64,000 nucleotides of DNA from Candidatus Hydrogenedentota bacterium (GTDB lineage: Bacteria > Hydrogenedentota > Hydrogenedentia > Hydrogenedentales > SLHB01): positions 66,024 through 130,023 of the forward strand of contig BTVY01000016.1 of assembly GCA_045863335.1 (NCBI GenBank), given 5' to 3'. Below the pieces are notes generated by a model, which was given only the letters and a program-made list of their open reading frames with translations, made no database searches and was not told the DNA's origin. Shown here piece after piece: positions 40,115 through 51,600 of this stretch (its first letter is position 1; each line of letters opens with the position of its first letter). The position numbers and the translations under genes are program-made.

Positions 40115-41746
40115 TTATAACACGCGGGATGCAAATCGGCGGGAGACGAGGTAGGTCATCGCCACGAGGAGCATGAGGAAGACGCTATAGGCAAAGGCGG
40201 TGCCAATACCCGAACCGCGCCATGCACTGTTGATCTGGACCGAGATGGGGACATTCGCAGGAATCCACAGCAAGATGGACGCGACGAATTCCCCCAGGCT
40301 CGTGGCAAAGACGAGCGCCGCGCCCGCGCCAAGCGCCGGCGCTACGAGCGGCACGACGATATGCCGAAAACAGTAGCCGCGCGATGCGCCGAGCGTGCGT
40401 CCCGCTTCGATAAGTGTCGCGTCGAACGGCTCGATGGAAGAAGCTGCCATCCGCGTGAGCAACGGCACGTTGCGGACGAAGTAGGCGAGGGGCAACAACC
40501 AGACCGTGCCAACCAACGGCAGCCAGCGGTCGTTGAACGCCACGATGAGGTTGACGGCAATCACGGTCCCCGGCAGGGCCCAGGGGATCATGACCAACAC
40601 GTTCAGCCAGCGTCCGCCGCGACGTTTCCGCGCGATAAGGTAGGCGGCCGGCATTGCAATGGCCAGCGTCGCGACCGCAGCCAGCGCGCTCATCCAGAGG
40701 CTGTTTCGGATAGGGCGGAACGCCGTCGGATCGCGCAGGATCGTCAGGTAATTTTCAAACGTGTAGAACGTCGGAAACACCTCCGCGTACCATTCGCGAT
40801 GTTGAACGAACGACAAGAGGATGATCGTCGCATGGGGCAATAGAAGCAAGGCCAGTGCGAGTCCCGAGAGGATCCCCGCCAGCGTTCTTCCTCGCCGCGA
40901 CCGGATGCGCACGCGCGTGCCTTTGGACGCGGTTCCACCAGCCCTGCGTCGCGCCCGGAATATGAGAACGCCCAACAGCGACACCGCGGCCAGCACGACG
41001 GTCAAGGTCATGGCGGCGGCGTCGTTGTGCTGCGTCTGCTCCTCGTAGATGCGCACGCTCAGCATGGGGTAGTCATTGCCGAAAATGAGGGGCGCGCTGA
41101 AGGAAGCGCCCGACGACATGAACGTAAGCAATGCCGCGCCGCGCAAGGCGGGCATAAGTTGCGGCAACGTGACCTGCGCGAACACGCGCATCCGCCCCGC
41201 CCCGAGCGTGCGCGCCGCTTCAATCTGCGCCACGTCCAGGCTTTCGAGGGCGGCCGAAACCATGGCGTAGAAGAATACGTAGAACGAGTATACGTGGATC
41301 AGCAGAATAGCCGACGGCCCTTGCAGAAACGCGTTCTCCAGACCGAAAGCCTCTTCCAGAAGCCGCGGAACGAAGCCGTCGCGCCCAATGAGATAGTAGA
41401 AACTGACGGTGCCCACCAAAGGTGGGAGCGTGAACGGCAGGTACGCCAGCGCGGCCATGAGGTTTCGGCCGGGGAAGGCGTACCGCGTCACGTAGAATGC
41501 CATCGCTGTACCAATCGTACCCGCGCCGGCGACCGACAGGAACGAAATGACCACGGTGTTGCGAATTGCCGCGAGGCCTGACTTGGCCGTGATTGCTTCG
41601 GGTTGCCACGACGAAAAGGACTCGGCCAAAAGCCGCAATGCAGGGTAGGCGATGGCGATGCCCAGCACCGCTACGCAAACAGCGAGCAGCATGCGATCGA
41701 GGGAACGCTGGTCGGTGTGGCGCGTCGCATTGGACACGCGGCTCAA
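40115..41746 (-). CDS. Fe3+/thiamine-type ABC transporter permease (two repeats)
   Basis: Two EAA loops (EAARTLGA; EAGRTLGA) and about 12 TM segments. Confidence 0.9.
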   Translation of the reverse strand: MSRVSNATRHTDQRSLDRMLLAVCVAVLGIAIAYPALRLLAESFSSWQPEAITAKSGLAAIRNTVVISFLSVAGAGTIGTAMAFYVTRYAFPGRNLMAALAYLPFTLPPLVGTVSFYYLIGRDGFVPRLLEEAFGLENAFLQGPSAILLIHVYSFYVFFYAMVSAALESLDVAQIEAARTLGAGRMRVFAQVTLPQLMPALRGAALLTFMSSGASFSAPLIFGNDYPMLSVRIYEEQTQHNDAAAMTLTVVLAAVSLLGVLIFRARRRAGGTASKGTRVRIRSRRGRTLAGILSGLALALLLLPHATIILLSFVQHREWYAEVFPTFYTFENYLTILRDPTAFRPIRNSLWMSALAAVATLAIAMPAAYLIARKRRGGRWLNVLVMIPWALPGTVIAVNLIVAFNDRWLPLVGTVWLLPLAYFVRNVPLLTRMAASSIEPFDATLIEAGRTLGASRGYCFRHIVVPLVAPALGAGAALVFATSLGEFVASILLWIPANVPISVQINSAWRGSGIGTAFAYSVFLMLLVAMTYLVSRRFASRVL

Positions 41747-42108
41747 CTCTCGGCGGACGCCTCAGCGGTGAGATCGTGTTGCACGAAGTCGGAAATGGCG
41801 TCGCGATCGTCTTCCGAAATCTTGGTATACAGGATGGCCACCTTGAAATGGTCGTCGCCCATTTCATGAGGGTCGCAACGCACCACAATGCCCTCGCATT
41901 CAATGCGGCGGTCAGCGGGCTTCGGCAGTTCCAGCGCGATGCTCATACGCGTCATCAGAGGCACCGGTTTCACCGTGTGACACAACACGCCGTTGGCGCT
42001 GATGTTGTCGATATGGTTGAGAACGCCGGGGCCGCCGTCGTCCACGATGGCCGGGAATCCCCGCCGGCTCCGCGCGTACCGCCGCCGTTCATCGCCCGAA
42101 TACCGCAT
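41743..42108 (-). CDS. PilZ-domain protein
   Basis: ERRRYAR (RxxxR) and NISANG (D/NxSxxG); ATG at 42108 behind GGAGGG. Confidence 0.85.
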   Translation of the reverse strand: MRYSGDERRRYARSRRGFPAIVDDGGPGVLNHIDNISANGVLCHTVKPVPLMTRMSIALELPKPADRRIECEGIVVRCDPHEMGDDHFKVAILYTKISEDDRDAISDFVQHDLTAEASAES

Positions 42109-42272
42109 GTCACTCCCTCCAAGCCATCGCATCGCCAAGATACGGTTACCGTCACCTCCTGTCATCCTAGCGCAGAACGGGCGAGATTGCAATGATTTAG
42201 CCGCGCGCTGCGTTCTCAGTCACATTCCGCACGGGCTCCGCATCTATATACTGTAGAAAGGAGGAGGCAACC

Positions 42273-45200
42273 ATGACGTGGGGCCGTTTGGAACGCGACG
42301 AATCCATCGTAGCCCGAGTGTTGGCGGGGCATCACGAACAATTTGGAACGCTCGTTCAGCGTTATTTGCCTGTGGTGCAGGCGATTGCTCGCGCTCGAAC
42401 GTCGAATCCCTCGGATGTCGACGATGTTACTCAAGAGACCTTCGTTCTGGCCTTCCAGCGGCTGGATCAGTTGCGAGAGCGGAAGAAGTTCGGCGCGTGG
42501 CTTGGAACGATTGCGCGGAACGTCGCCCACAGCGCCCAGCGCCGCATACAAAAGGACGCGGCGCTGGCTGCGTCCTTGTCCGATGAAGAACCAGTTGAAC
42601 CCGACGTAGTCTCCCGGGAAGCACGCCGCGCGGTTCGCGAACAAATCGACGCGCTCGCGTCCGAAGATCGCGAGGTGCTCTTGCTCAAGTACTTCGCGGG
42701 CAAACGGAGCCGGGAGATCGCGTCGATACTCGGACTGTCCGACGCGGCGGTGCGGAAGCGGCTGCAGCGGGCGCGCGAGGCCTTGGGCGAGCGCGTGCTG
42801 CATACATTCCGCGAGGAATCCGATCCGCCGGCCGAACGCCAACGCAACGCGCAACGCATTCTCGTCACGGTGCTGGCCGCCGGGGCCACATGGAAAGCAA
42901 CGAGTGCCGTGGCCGCTACGACCGGCATGGGTGCTTTGCTGGCCGCCGGCATCGGCGTGGGAAAGACGTTGGCGCTCGGCGCAGTATTTTGTGTTGGCGT
43001 CGGACTGATTGTCATCGCGTATCGACCGTCCGTCGCGAACGAAGAAGACGAGGTCTTCGACGCGCAATCGCAAGGCAATACTCTGTCGCCGGAGATAGAT
43101 GCCTCCGGGGAAGCCGTAGTGGATCGCGGATACAACCGTGCTGCAACGTCCTCAACCCCACCCGTCGGCTCTGGCGGCATCCTCGTATCGGGACGTATTG
43201 TCCACACGGACGGCACGCCCATCGCGGGTGCAACCGTTCGCGGCCGTTACGGCCGCCATGCACCGCCGCTTCCCGATCTGGAAACGGTTTCCAGCGACGA
43301 TGGCGCATTCACGCTGCACGCGACCATGCCGTGGGAGCGGTTTGTCATCCGCGCGGAAAAAGAGGGATACGTCGAACGCTCGGCTACGCTGTTCGCGCTA
43401 ACGGCGGAAGGCGCGACTGGCGTGGATCATGTCTTGTACCGCGAGGCGACCGTCGAAGGAGTGGTTGCCAATCCAGGGGGCTCGGGCGTTCCCGGTATGC
43501 CTGTGACGACCGCGAATCGCGACATGTCGCCGATCCGATGGACGGCGTCAACGGAAGCCGATGCTTCGGGCGTGTTCCGATTAGAGGGGCTGTTGCCCGG
43601 CACACATAGCCTTGCTGTCATCAAGGAGGAGGACTTCAGTCCAGCCGTGGCGGTTCTGGAGGTCCAACTGCAGGAGGGCGAACACCGCACCGGGATTCGC
43701 GTTCCTTACGACGGCGAAGGACTTGTCGTCGCCGGCCGCGTGACCGATGAAGAGGGAAATCCGTTGGAAGCGGCTTTCGTTCAGGCCATCAACGGTTTGC
43801 ACCCACGCGATACACGAACCGATGCGGACGGCAACTTCCGGCTCGTGCAAATGCCGCCGGGGACCTTCCCGCTCTATGCGTCGCTTACCGGCTACTACGA
43901 CCGGAACACCCTGGACGACGCCCGCTTGGTCGAAAGCGGTTCGGAGGATGTTGAGATTGTGCTGCGCCGCAGCGGAAGCGTTTCGGGCCGGGTTGTCGAC
44001 GGAGAGACAGGCGATCCGGTAACTGCATTCGGCATCATGCAGTTTGGCGGTGTAGCCTCCGCTCTCGACAGCAACAGCGAAAACAGCTTGCGCGCAGTGG
44101 AAGATCCGGACGGGCGGTTTCATTTGGATAACGTCGTGCTCGACGAAGCGACCATTGCAGTCAAGGCGGATGGATACATGCCCGCCTTCGAGGTTATTCA
44201 TCTTGCTTCCGGGGAACGCCTGGAAGAAATCACATTTCAACTTCATCCCGGGCACGTATTGGACGGATTTGTTGTGGATGCACGTGGAAACCCCGTCGCA
44301 GGAGCGGGGGTATATGTCGGCGATATTCCACGGAATGGCGAGGAAAATGCTCCGCCGAGCGATGCCCGTGCGGTTACAGGCGAAAACGGCGCCTTCGCAC
44401 TTACCGGCCTGCCACAAGGACCGCTGACGATCACTTGTGCGCACGGCGATTACGCCCCCGGGCAAACGGAAGCGGACATCCCGCAGCCCAAGGGTAGCGC
44501 GCCGGTTCGGGTCGTATTGAAAGACGCAGGACGTATTGATGGGACCGTGCGCGTTGGCGGCGTTCCCCAAGACGGCGCGAGCGTTGTGGCGGAATCGCAA
44601 TCGGTTCAAACGGATCACGAGGGCAGGTTCAGCATCTCCCGCCTGCCCGCGGGCGACGTTCAGATCACAGCGGCCTTAGATCCGGCAGGTACGCCGGGGC
44701 AGTTCGGACGGCGCTGGAAGAAATGGGTGAATATCGAGCCCGGTAATGCGACGCAAGTCAATTTCGAGTTCACCACCGAGACGGGCATTGTCGATGGTGT
44801 GATCGTGCCGCACGGCGACTTCGAGTTTCACGCGCAGGTCTGGTGCAACCTCCCCGTAACCGGCGGATTCGAGCAGCGGATTCTTATCCTGGAAGACCGG
44901 AAATTCACGCTGAGCGATCTGCCGGCCGGTGTCGTGGAGGGACGGGTCGCCATAGTCCCCAAAGTCGATGATCCGGTTGCCGGTCCGAGTACGGACTACA
45001 GCCGGCCGTTTCAGGCAACGGTCATCCCCGGAGAAACCGTGCCGGTTACGATCACCTTTACCGGGAACGCAGCGATAGGTGGTCAAGTCGCGGGCATCTC
45101 CGGCGATGGCAGAGTACGCATATCGGTGTTTGAAGGTTCTCAACCAATCCCCGACGATCCCGAGCAAGCGATAATACGGCAGCGAGGCGGAACAAGTCTT

Positions 45201-45359
45201 GATGCCGATGGCGCCTATCAAGTCGATTGCCTGGAAGCAGGCACCTACACCATCGTCGCCAAGCGCTACATTGGGCACTCCACGGTCGCGCACACGGCCT
45301 CCGGCGTAGTCCGCATCGGCGAAGGCGAGACAGCCACCCTCAACTTCGACTTTCATTGA
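42273..45359 (+). CDS. ECF sigma-70 factor fused via a TM helix to carboxypeptidase-regulatory-like beta-sandwich repeats
   Basis: Sigma2 (DDVTQETFVLAF..FGAWLGTIARN), sigma4 (EIASILGLSDAAVRKRLQRARE), TM LALGAVFCVGVGLIVI, then repeated G.V.D..G.P..GA.V modules. Confidence 0.88.
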   Translation: MTWGRLERDESIVARVLAGHHEQFGTLVQRYLPVVQAIARARTSNPSDVDDVTQETFVLAFQRLDQLRERKKFGAWLGTIARNVAHSAQRRIQKDAALAASLSDEEPVEPDVVSREARRAVREQIDALASEDREVLLLKYFAGKRSREIASILGLSDAAVRKRLQRAREALGERVLHTFREESDPPAERQRNAQRILVTVLAAGATWKATSAVAATTGMGALLAAGIGVGKTLALGAVFCVGVGLIVIAYRPSVANEEDEVFDAQSQGNTLSPEIDASGEAVVDRGYNRAATSSTPPVGSGGILVSGRIVHTDGTPIAGATVRGRYGRHAPPLPDLETVSSDDGAFTLHATMPWERFVIRAEKEGYVERSATLFALTAEGATGVDHVLYREATVEGVVANPGGSGVPGMPVTTANRDMSPIRWTASTEADASGVFRLEGLLPGTHSLAVIKEEDFSPAVAVLEVQLQEGEHRTGIRVPYDGEGLVVAGRVTDEEGNPLEAAFVQAINGLHPRDTRTDADGNFRLVQMPPGTFPLYASLTGYYDRNTLDDARLVESGSEDVEIVLRRSGSVSGRVVDGETGDPVTAFGIMQFGGVASALDSNSENSLRAVEDPDGRFHLDNVVLDEATIAVKADGYMPAFEVIHLASGERLEEITFQLHPGHVLDGFVVDARGNPVAGAGVYVGDIPRNGEENAPPSDARAVTGENGAFALTGLPQGPLTITCAHGDYAPGQTEADIPQPKGSAPVRVVLKDAGRIDGTVRVGGVPQDGASVVAESQSVQTDHEGRFSISRLPAGDVQITAALDPAGTPGQFGRRWKKWVNIEPGNATQVNFEFTTETGIVDGVIVPHGDFEFHAQVWCNLPVTGGFEQRILILEDRKFTLSDLPAGVVEGRVAIVPKVDDPVAGPSTDYSRPFQATVIPGETVPVTITFTGNAAIGGQVAGISGDGRVRISVFEGSQPIPDDPEQAIIRQRGGTSLDADGAYQVDCLEAGTYTIVAKRYIGHSTVAHTASGVVRIGEGETATLNFDFH

Positions 45360-45441
45360 CGCGTCAATCCCGCATCTGCACAATGCCCCCAAGGGCATCA
45401 CGCGTTTCGCGTGACCCGTGTAAGGCCGGGAGCGTCGACGG

Positions 45442-46347
45442 ATGTGTATCAACGTATGTGCCTCAGAGGTACTCAGGTTTTCACGACCAAGCATTTGTCC
45501 GGTACTGTTGTGTGCGCTTTTCCACTTCTCAACCAACGCAATTGGGCAACCGCCCACCCCCGTCATCGACCAGTTCACCGCACATTCGATCCCGCTGCCC
45601 GAAGGCGGCCAACTCGCCTATTACATCCGCGAGGGCGACGGCCCTAATCTCGTGCTCATCCCCGGTAGTTGGGGCGATTACCGGACCTTTAATCATCTCG
45701 TCGAACATCTCGACCGCGATCTCAAGCTCATCATTGTTGAGCTGCGCGGGCACAACGGCAGCCAGCCGCCATCTACCGATTGCTCCATGGAACTGTTCGC
45801 CGAAGACGTGCTTCGCGTGATCGATACCATCGGGTTGAAACGTTACTACGTGGGCGGCCATAGCATCGGTGGCATGCTGCCCATCGAGATCGCGGGTCGC
45901 AGGCCCGAACAGGTGGCCGGCGCCATCGCCATGGAAGGCTGGACCCACTGGAAAGTGCAGGAAGAGGCTTTCGGAACGGGGCCCGACGAAACGATCACCC
46001 CCGAACAACTCGCCGAACGCCAAGCCAACCGCGCACGGGTCTACGACAAGCTGACGCAGGAACAGCGCGATTCCTTCTCCTCGGTGTGGAAACGCTGGGA
46101 CGGCTACCCCATCCTGGAGACCACCGAGGTTCCTATCCTGGAAATCTGGGGCGACCGCGGCAAACCCAAACCCAGCCGCGAACTCCTACGGCTCCCTGAC
46201 CGGCCCAACATTGAACTCGTCTGGATCGAAGGCGCGTCCCACGCCATGCAAGTGCAACGTCCCGACGCCATCGCAACGGCGATCAACTCGTTCATACGCC
46301 AGACGCAGGAAGCGCGGGACTCCGCGGGTCAGCCCGTTACGGGTTGA
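45442..46347 (+). CDS. Alpha/beta hydrolase, probably exported (start uncertain)
   Basis: LRGHN, GHSIGG nucleophile elbow, GASH. Confidence 0.85.
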   Translation: MCINVCASEVLRFSRPSICPVLLCALFHFSTNAIGQPPTPVIDQFTAHSIPLPEGGQLAYYIREGDGPNLVLIPGSWGDYRTFNHLVEHLDRDLKLIIVELRGHNGSQPPSTDCSMELFAEDVLRVIDTIGLKRYYVGGHSIGGMLPIEIAGRRPEQVAGAIAMEGWTHWKVQEEAFGTGPDETITPEQLAERQANRARVYDKLTQEQRDSFSSVWKRWDGYPILETTEVPILEIWGDRGKPKPSRELLRLPDRPNIELVWIEGASHAMQVQRPDAIATAINSFIRQTQEARDSAGQPVTG

Positions 46348-48340
46348 GCGTTATCACCATTAGACCGTCCCCTTCTTCCACCTGAGCGGCATCAACGGGC
46401 GTGCCATTGCATACGATCTTCCAGCCACTGACGCCGGCCACGCCAACGCGTTGGGCGCTGCCTCGGATAGTAATGCTCAGCGTTTGAGTATCGCGGTCAA
46501 ACGCGAACCGCAGATACGGCACCCGGCAATTCAGCCGAAGTTCGGTTCGATCGTAATCGGTTCGCACATAGCTGCAATCCGCAACGATCATCTCGCGCAC
46601 GTTGCCTTCGGCATCGATCTTCCGTTGCAGGAAGCGGGCGTTCGTCTCCAGCGCGATTGGTTCGTCGGGGTTCTGACATTCCATGCCGAGCCATAGCGAC
46701 TGGGGAAACGACGTGTACGAAAGCACATCAATCAACGTAAGCGTGGTGGAATCCTCACCGGATTCAATCATGTTGGCCCCACACCACCCCACGAAGCGGT
46801 CATCGTTGACGGTGAGCCGTGGTCCCCTGTGTTGCACCCAGTAATTCTCGTGGTACCGTCTCGGTTCCGGGAGGGTCCTCGCCAGAGGATCTTCGAAAGG
46901 TTTCCCAGCGCGGGCCAGGCGGCCGAGAAGCACTTCATCCTGGGGCACGTCCCACCGCATCAATTCCGTCCGCCAGAAGAGTGGAATCGATTCGTTACGC
47001 ACCGGATCGGCCGCCAGCTCATAAACGACACTGTTGGTCGTGCGCATCGTCTCGGAAAGCACCGCGTAGGGGCGCCGATCGTTGTCGACTACTCCGAAAT
47101 TGCAGTCCTCTGCGTACCCCTCCCAAGGTTTCTCGATATCGTCATCGTGGTAGGTGTACCACGCGACCCCGATATGGCTCGGGATGGACGCCGCTGCGGA
47201 CACGTAGGAAAGATAACCGATGGCGCGTTGCGCCTGGGTATCGACGGCAGGCAGGGCGCCCATCGTCCCCGGATGCAAGGTGTCCGCCGCGCGGAACGAA
47301 AACTCGGTGGTCATCGTGGGGCGGCCGGTGATGGCGTGTATCGCGGGAACCAGCGTGAACATCTGCACGGGCAAGCGGTCCGGGAACATGCTGTACAGAT
47401 TCATGCTGATCACGTCGCAATACTTCCCCATGGCCGCGAGAATTCCCGGTTCCGGGAGCGGCGCGTTGAATAAACGTGTGCCCAGATTCAGGTGATTGGG
47501 GGCAACGGCCCGGGCGGCATTCGAGGCCACACTAAACGCGCGTTCTGCAAGGGCTTCCACCCACACCGCTTTCAAACCGGGAACCGAGGGCGGATCACCC
47601 TGCACCGCTTTGAGATCGTCTACGGTTGTGACCTGATAGTCTTTCCAGTCCTCGGCTAATGCACCCGGTTTATCCGCATAATACGTTCGCGCTACCTCCA
47701 CGAAGGCCGCGCGCGCGGGCGCGTCCAGATCGGTGTGCGTGGCAGCTTCGTACCACCCGTCCAGGCAAATCTCGTTGACGAGGAAGTACCCGATCAACAG
47801 GGGGTCGTCCTTGATTGGTCCGAGGACTTCTTCGGCGCGCCGCGCGCACTGTTCCGGCCATTCCGGATCGAACACGTCTGGAAGGGATACCCAGGGCGGA
47901 AATCCTGGCCGTTGCGCGACCGGATACGGACGTGAAGCCAGCCGGAGCAGATCGAGGTGGACGTCATAGGGCAGCCCCGAGTCGCGTTCGCCCGTGTTGA
48001 ATCCCCATGATTTCAAACGCGGCACCGCCTTTTCTTTCGCATTGATTACCTTGAGCATGAAGAACGCGTTGCCTTCCGGGGTGATGAACCACCAGCGATC
48101 GCCAATCTTTTCCACGTGGAAGAATCCTGTGCGCTCTCCCTGGATTCCGGTCCAACCGCCGTAGGCATCACAGTCGGCGGGACGCGCGTCGGCGAACGGC
48201 AGATCCGGAGCAATGACCGCCGGGTTCATGATTCGCGCGTACGCGGGCTCTTCCGCATCTTGCGCGAGAGCGCGGAAACCTGCTGCGCAAAACGCAAACA
48301 GGACACACAGTACGATGCGACGTTTACGTGGAACTTCCAT
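46337..48340 (-). CDS. Secreted beta-agarase-like (GH50-related) glycoside hydrolase
   Basis: D.YGG, TGFFHVEK..RWWFITPEG, RLKSWGFNT, PDVFDPEW, DPLLIGYFLVNE, PNHLNLG.R, TEFSF. Confidence 0.75.
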   Translation of the reverse strand: MEVPRKRRIVLCVLFAFCAAGFRALAQDAEEPAYARIMNPAVIAPDLPFADARPADCDAYGGWTGIQGERTGFFHVEKIGDRWWFITPEGNAFFMLKVINAKEKAVPRLKSWGFNTGERDSGLPYDVHLDLLRLASRPYPVAQRPGFPPWVSLPDVFDPEWPEQCARRAEEVLGPIKDDPLLIGYFLVNEICLDGWYEAATHTDLDAPARAAFVEVARTYYADKPGALAEDWKDYQVTTVDDLKAVQGDPPSVPGLKAVWVEALAERAFSVASNAARAVAPNHLNLGTRLFNAPLPEPGILAAMGKYCDVISMNLYSMFPDRLPVQMFTLVPAIHAITGRPTMTTEFSFRAADTLHPGTMGALPAVDTQAQRAIGYLSYVSAAASIPSHIGVAWYTYHDDDIEKPWEGYAEDCNFGVVDNDRRPYAVLSETMRTTNSVVYELAADPVRNESIPLFWRTELMRWDVPQDEVLLGRLARAGKPFEDPLARTLPEPRRYHENYWVQHRGPRLTVNDDRFVGWCGANMIESGEDSTTLTLIDVLSYTSFPQSLWLGMECQNPDEPIALETNARFLQRKIDAEGNVREMIVADCSYVRTDYDRTELRLNCRVPYLRFAFDRDTQTLSITIRGSAQRVGVAGVSGWKIVCNGTPVDAAQVEEGDGLMVITLNP

Positions 48341-48624
48341 GACTGAACCCCCATCGAAGACCTGTAGCGGTTGGCAGGTAGACTGACGATACGGCCGCGA
48401 GCCTCGCAACCTCCCGTTCAGGCTTCGCAAAACGAATTCCCCCCTTGGCGCGCGGCGCGGCGCACGCTCAACTATCGTAGGCCCCTGCGGTGTGGCGTTC
48501 AAGGCAATTGCCCGTTGCGATGCGGACAGCCCGCATTGTCGTACAATCGATGCGATACAAACGGGCGGCCGTGGCGTCAAATAGGTGAGAATTTCAACCG
48601 ACACCACCGGCGAGGTAACCTTCA

Positions 48625-51600
48625 ATGAGCGCTTCTGAACAACACCTCCTGCGGCAATGGATTGAACGGCGGGATCCCGATGCGTTCGCCGAGATCGTCC
48701 GACGGCACGCAACCATGGTGTATTCCACATGTTGCCGCGTGCTTGGAAACGCATCCGACGCGGAAGATATCGCGCAGGAGTGTTTCCTTAAGCTCGCGCA
48801 AGAGCGGAGACCCATCCAATCGCCCGGCGGCTGGCTTCACCGTTTGGCGACCCACCGGTCCATCGATCGCATTCGATCGGTCTCCAGAAGGACGAAGCGC
48901 GAGCAACAGTTCGCGGAAGATCATCCCGAATCCGTTGAACCAGCCTGGGACGACATTCGCGAGATGGTGGACGAGGCCATCGCCGCACTTCCGGAGAAGT
49001 TTCAGGGACCCCTCGTGGCCCATTACTTCGAAGGCCGGACCTATGACGCCATCGCCGTGGAACTTGGAATTCCCCGTGCGACGGCCGCAGGTCGTGTGCG
49101 CCGGGGCGTGGAGAAGATACGCAAGACGCTGCAGAAGCGCGGCGTCCCCATTTCTGCAGTCGGCCTGGCCGCGGCGTTGGCCCAAGCGCCCGCGGAAGCC
49201 TTGCCCGCGTCCCTATCCGCCGCGCTCGTGAAGATCGCGGTCGCGGGCACTGCCGGCGGCGCAGGTGCGGGAACCGTAGTTGCCGCAGGCACAGGCGCGA
49301 TGACGCTTGGGAAGATTGCGGCTGGCGTCCTCGTCGCCGCGATCGCGCTAACGGGAATCGTGGTCTGGTCCGGAAGCAAGCCTGAACCTTCTCCTGCGCA
49401 ATCATCCCGCGTTGAACAGGTTGCCCGTGCTCAAGAGCCCTCTCCAAGTTCTGGAAATGACGAGGGGCTCGCTGCCATGTTGGTGAACGCGTTCAATGCC
49501 AATTCCTCTCCGACGGCAGGCCGAACCGCTGTAATGGGCGAAGGGGCCGTTACCGGAATCGTTGTTGACGAGTCCGGCGAACCGGTCGAGGGCGCGTCGG
49601 TCTCCGCGCGCAGCACGCCCATGAGCCACGAACAGGTGACGTCGGACGCGGATGGCCAGTTTGCCATCGAAGGGTTGGAAACGAGCAATCACCTCTACGT
49701 CCAGGCGGCTCTGCGTCGTACGGGCAGGACCAGGGAATCCCGTGAGCAATACTCGCAGATCAGTGCGCCGGCCGGACCGCTCACGCTAACCCGAGAGGGA
49801 ATCCGCGATTTGGAGTTGGTACTCCATACCAGTGGGAGCATCCAGGGGCAACTGGTCGACGAAGCTGGAAAGCCGGTGCCGGAAATCAACGTCAGCGCCT
49901 CCCCCAAGTCGTGCGACCTGAATCACCCTTCGTGGTCCCGCACCGACGCAAATGGGCAGTTCACGATACGGGATTGCGCCGAGTTCACGTACTTGATACT
50001 CGCGTTCCCTCCCGGTACGGACATGATTTCACACGACACTGCGCTCGCAGAAATCACTTTGGAACCAGGCGAACAACGAACGGGATTGAAGCTGACATAT
50101 CAACCCTACGTCGATCTCAAGGGCCGCGTGGTCGACGCTGCGGGCAATCCGGTTGCAGGTGCGCGGGTGCACGAAGTCTACCAGGGCCAGATGGCCGAAA
50201 CCGGCAGCGATGGCGTTTTTGAACTGACCGTCTTTGCTGGCAAAGGAACATCCCCCACGCTGGGTGTACAACATGCCGACTACGACCACATTCGCCATCT
50301 TGTTCCCGAAGGCGGCCTGGAGAACATCGAGATCGTCCTGCTGCCGCGCCTCACGCTCGCAGGAAGAGTCATTGACGCACAAACCCAGGAACCCATCCGC
50401 GAGTTCGAGATCATGCACCTCGGCGGTCGCGTGAGCGCTCTCGAATTTACTCGCTTCTTTGACCGCCTCGAACCCGTGCGCGACGCGAGCGGGCGCTTCT
50501 CCATGAAGATGGAGAGTCCCGAGTACGCAACCATAGGAGTCCGAGCCGACGGATATGCGCCGCTGGTCCAGGGCGTTGACCTGCTCTCGCATACCGGCGA
50601 GTTAATCCTCGAACTGTCGCCCGGCAATCACCTGGAAGGCACGGTACGAAACGCCAATGGCGATCGCGTGCGCGGCGCGAAGATCTACATCGGCCAGTTT
50701 CCCTATGGTTACGAGTTGGCCGACGACGAAAAGGTTCTGGTCGCGAAAACGAACTGGATGGGATCCTTCTCCCTCGACGATGCACCGGCCGGCGAGCACC
50801 TCATCTACGCCTGGCATCCCGACTATCCGCCTGCCTGGCAGCGTTTCAACGCTCCGCAATCCGAACCCATTGACATCGTCTTCTCCCAAGGCGGGACCCT
50901 CAAGGGCACCGTCACCATTGGCGGTCAACCGGCGCAAAGCATCATTAACTTGTTCCGCGGCGTGCCGGATATGGTTGGGTTCGACGAACGAAGCCGTCCG
51001 GACGGCACCTACGAGATGGCCAACCTCTCGCCAGGAGTCATCACGGTCTCGGTCGGGGTGTCCAGCCCGGATACCGGAGAGCGCATGTCCTTCGACAAAC
51101 CCGCCACGATTCGCGATGGCGAAGTGACGGTTGTCGATTTCGATTTCCCCACGCCGGGCGCCGCGTCCGTAGAAGGCCAGATTCAAATCGACGGCCAACC
51201 CGTCACCGGTGGATACATCTCGGCCGCACTTCCAGGAGGCAGCACGAAGGACACCCGTGTAGACGCAGAAGGCTACTACCGCCTCGAACAATTGCCTCAG
51301 GGCGCAATCATGCTCGACATCCGGGCAAGCCTTGGCGAAGGTTCCTGTCAGCGGCGCGACGAGGTGTTAGTCGAAGGGACCGGTGATGTCGTGCATGACG
51401 TTGCACTGCAATCGGGGCACGCGCTCTCCGTAGCCGTGCATGGCGCGAGACCGAATGAGCAAGTATTGGTGAAGATATACGCTGGAGCATTGAACGCGGC
51501 ACCGCAACCCGCCTACCCCGTCGACCGCGCGTTCTGGCCCATCGGATTCGCTCGGTTTGATGGCGTCACCTATACCTTCGACTCGGTCGAGCCCGGCACC

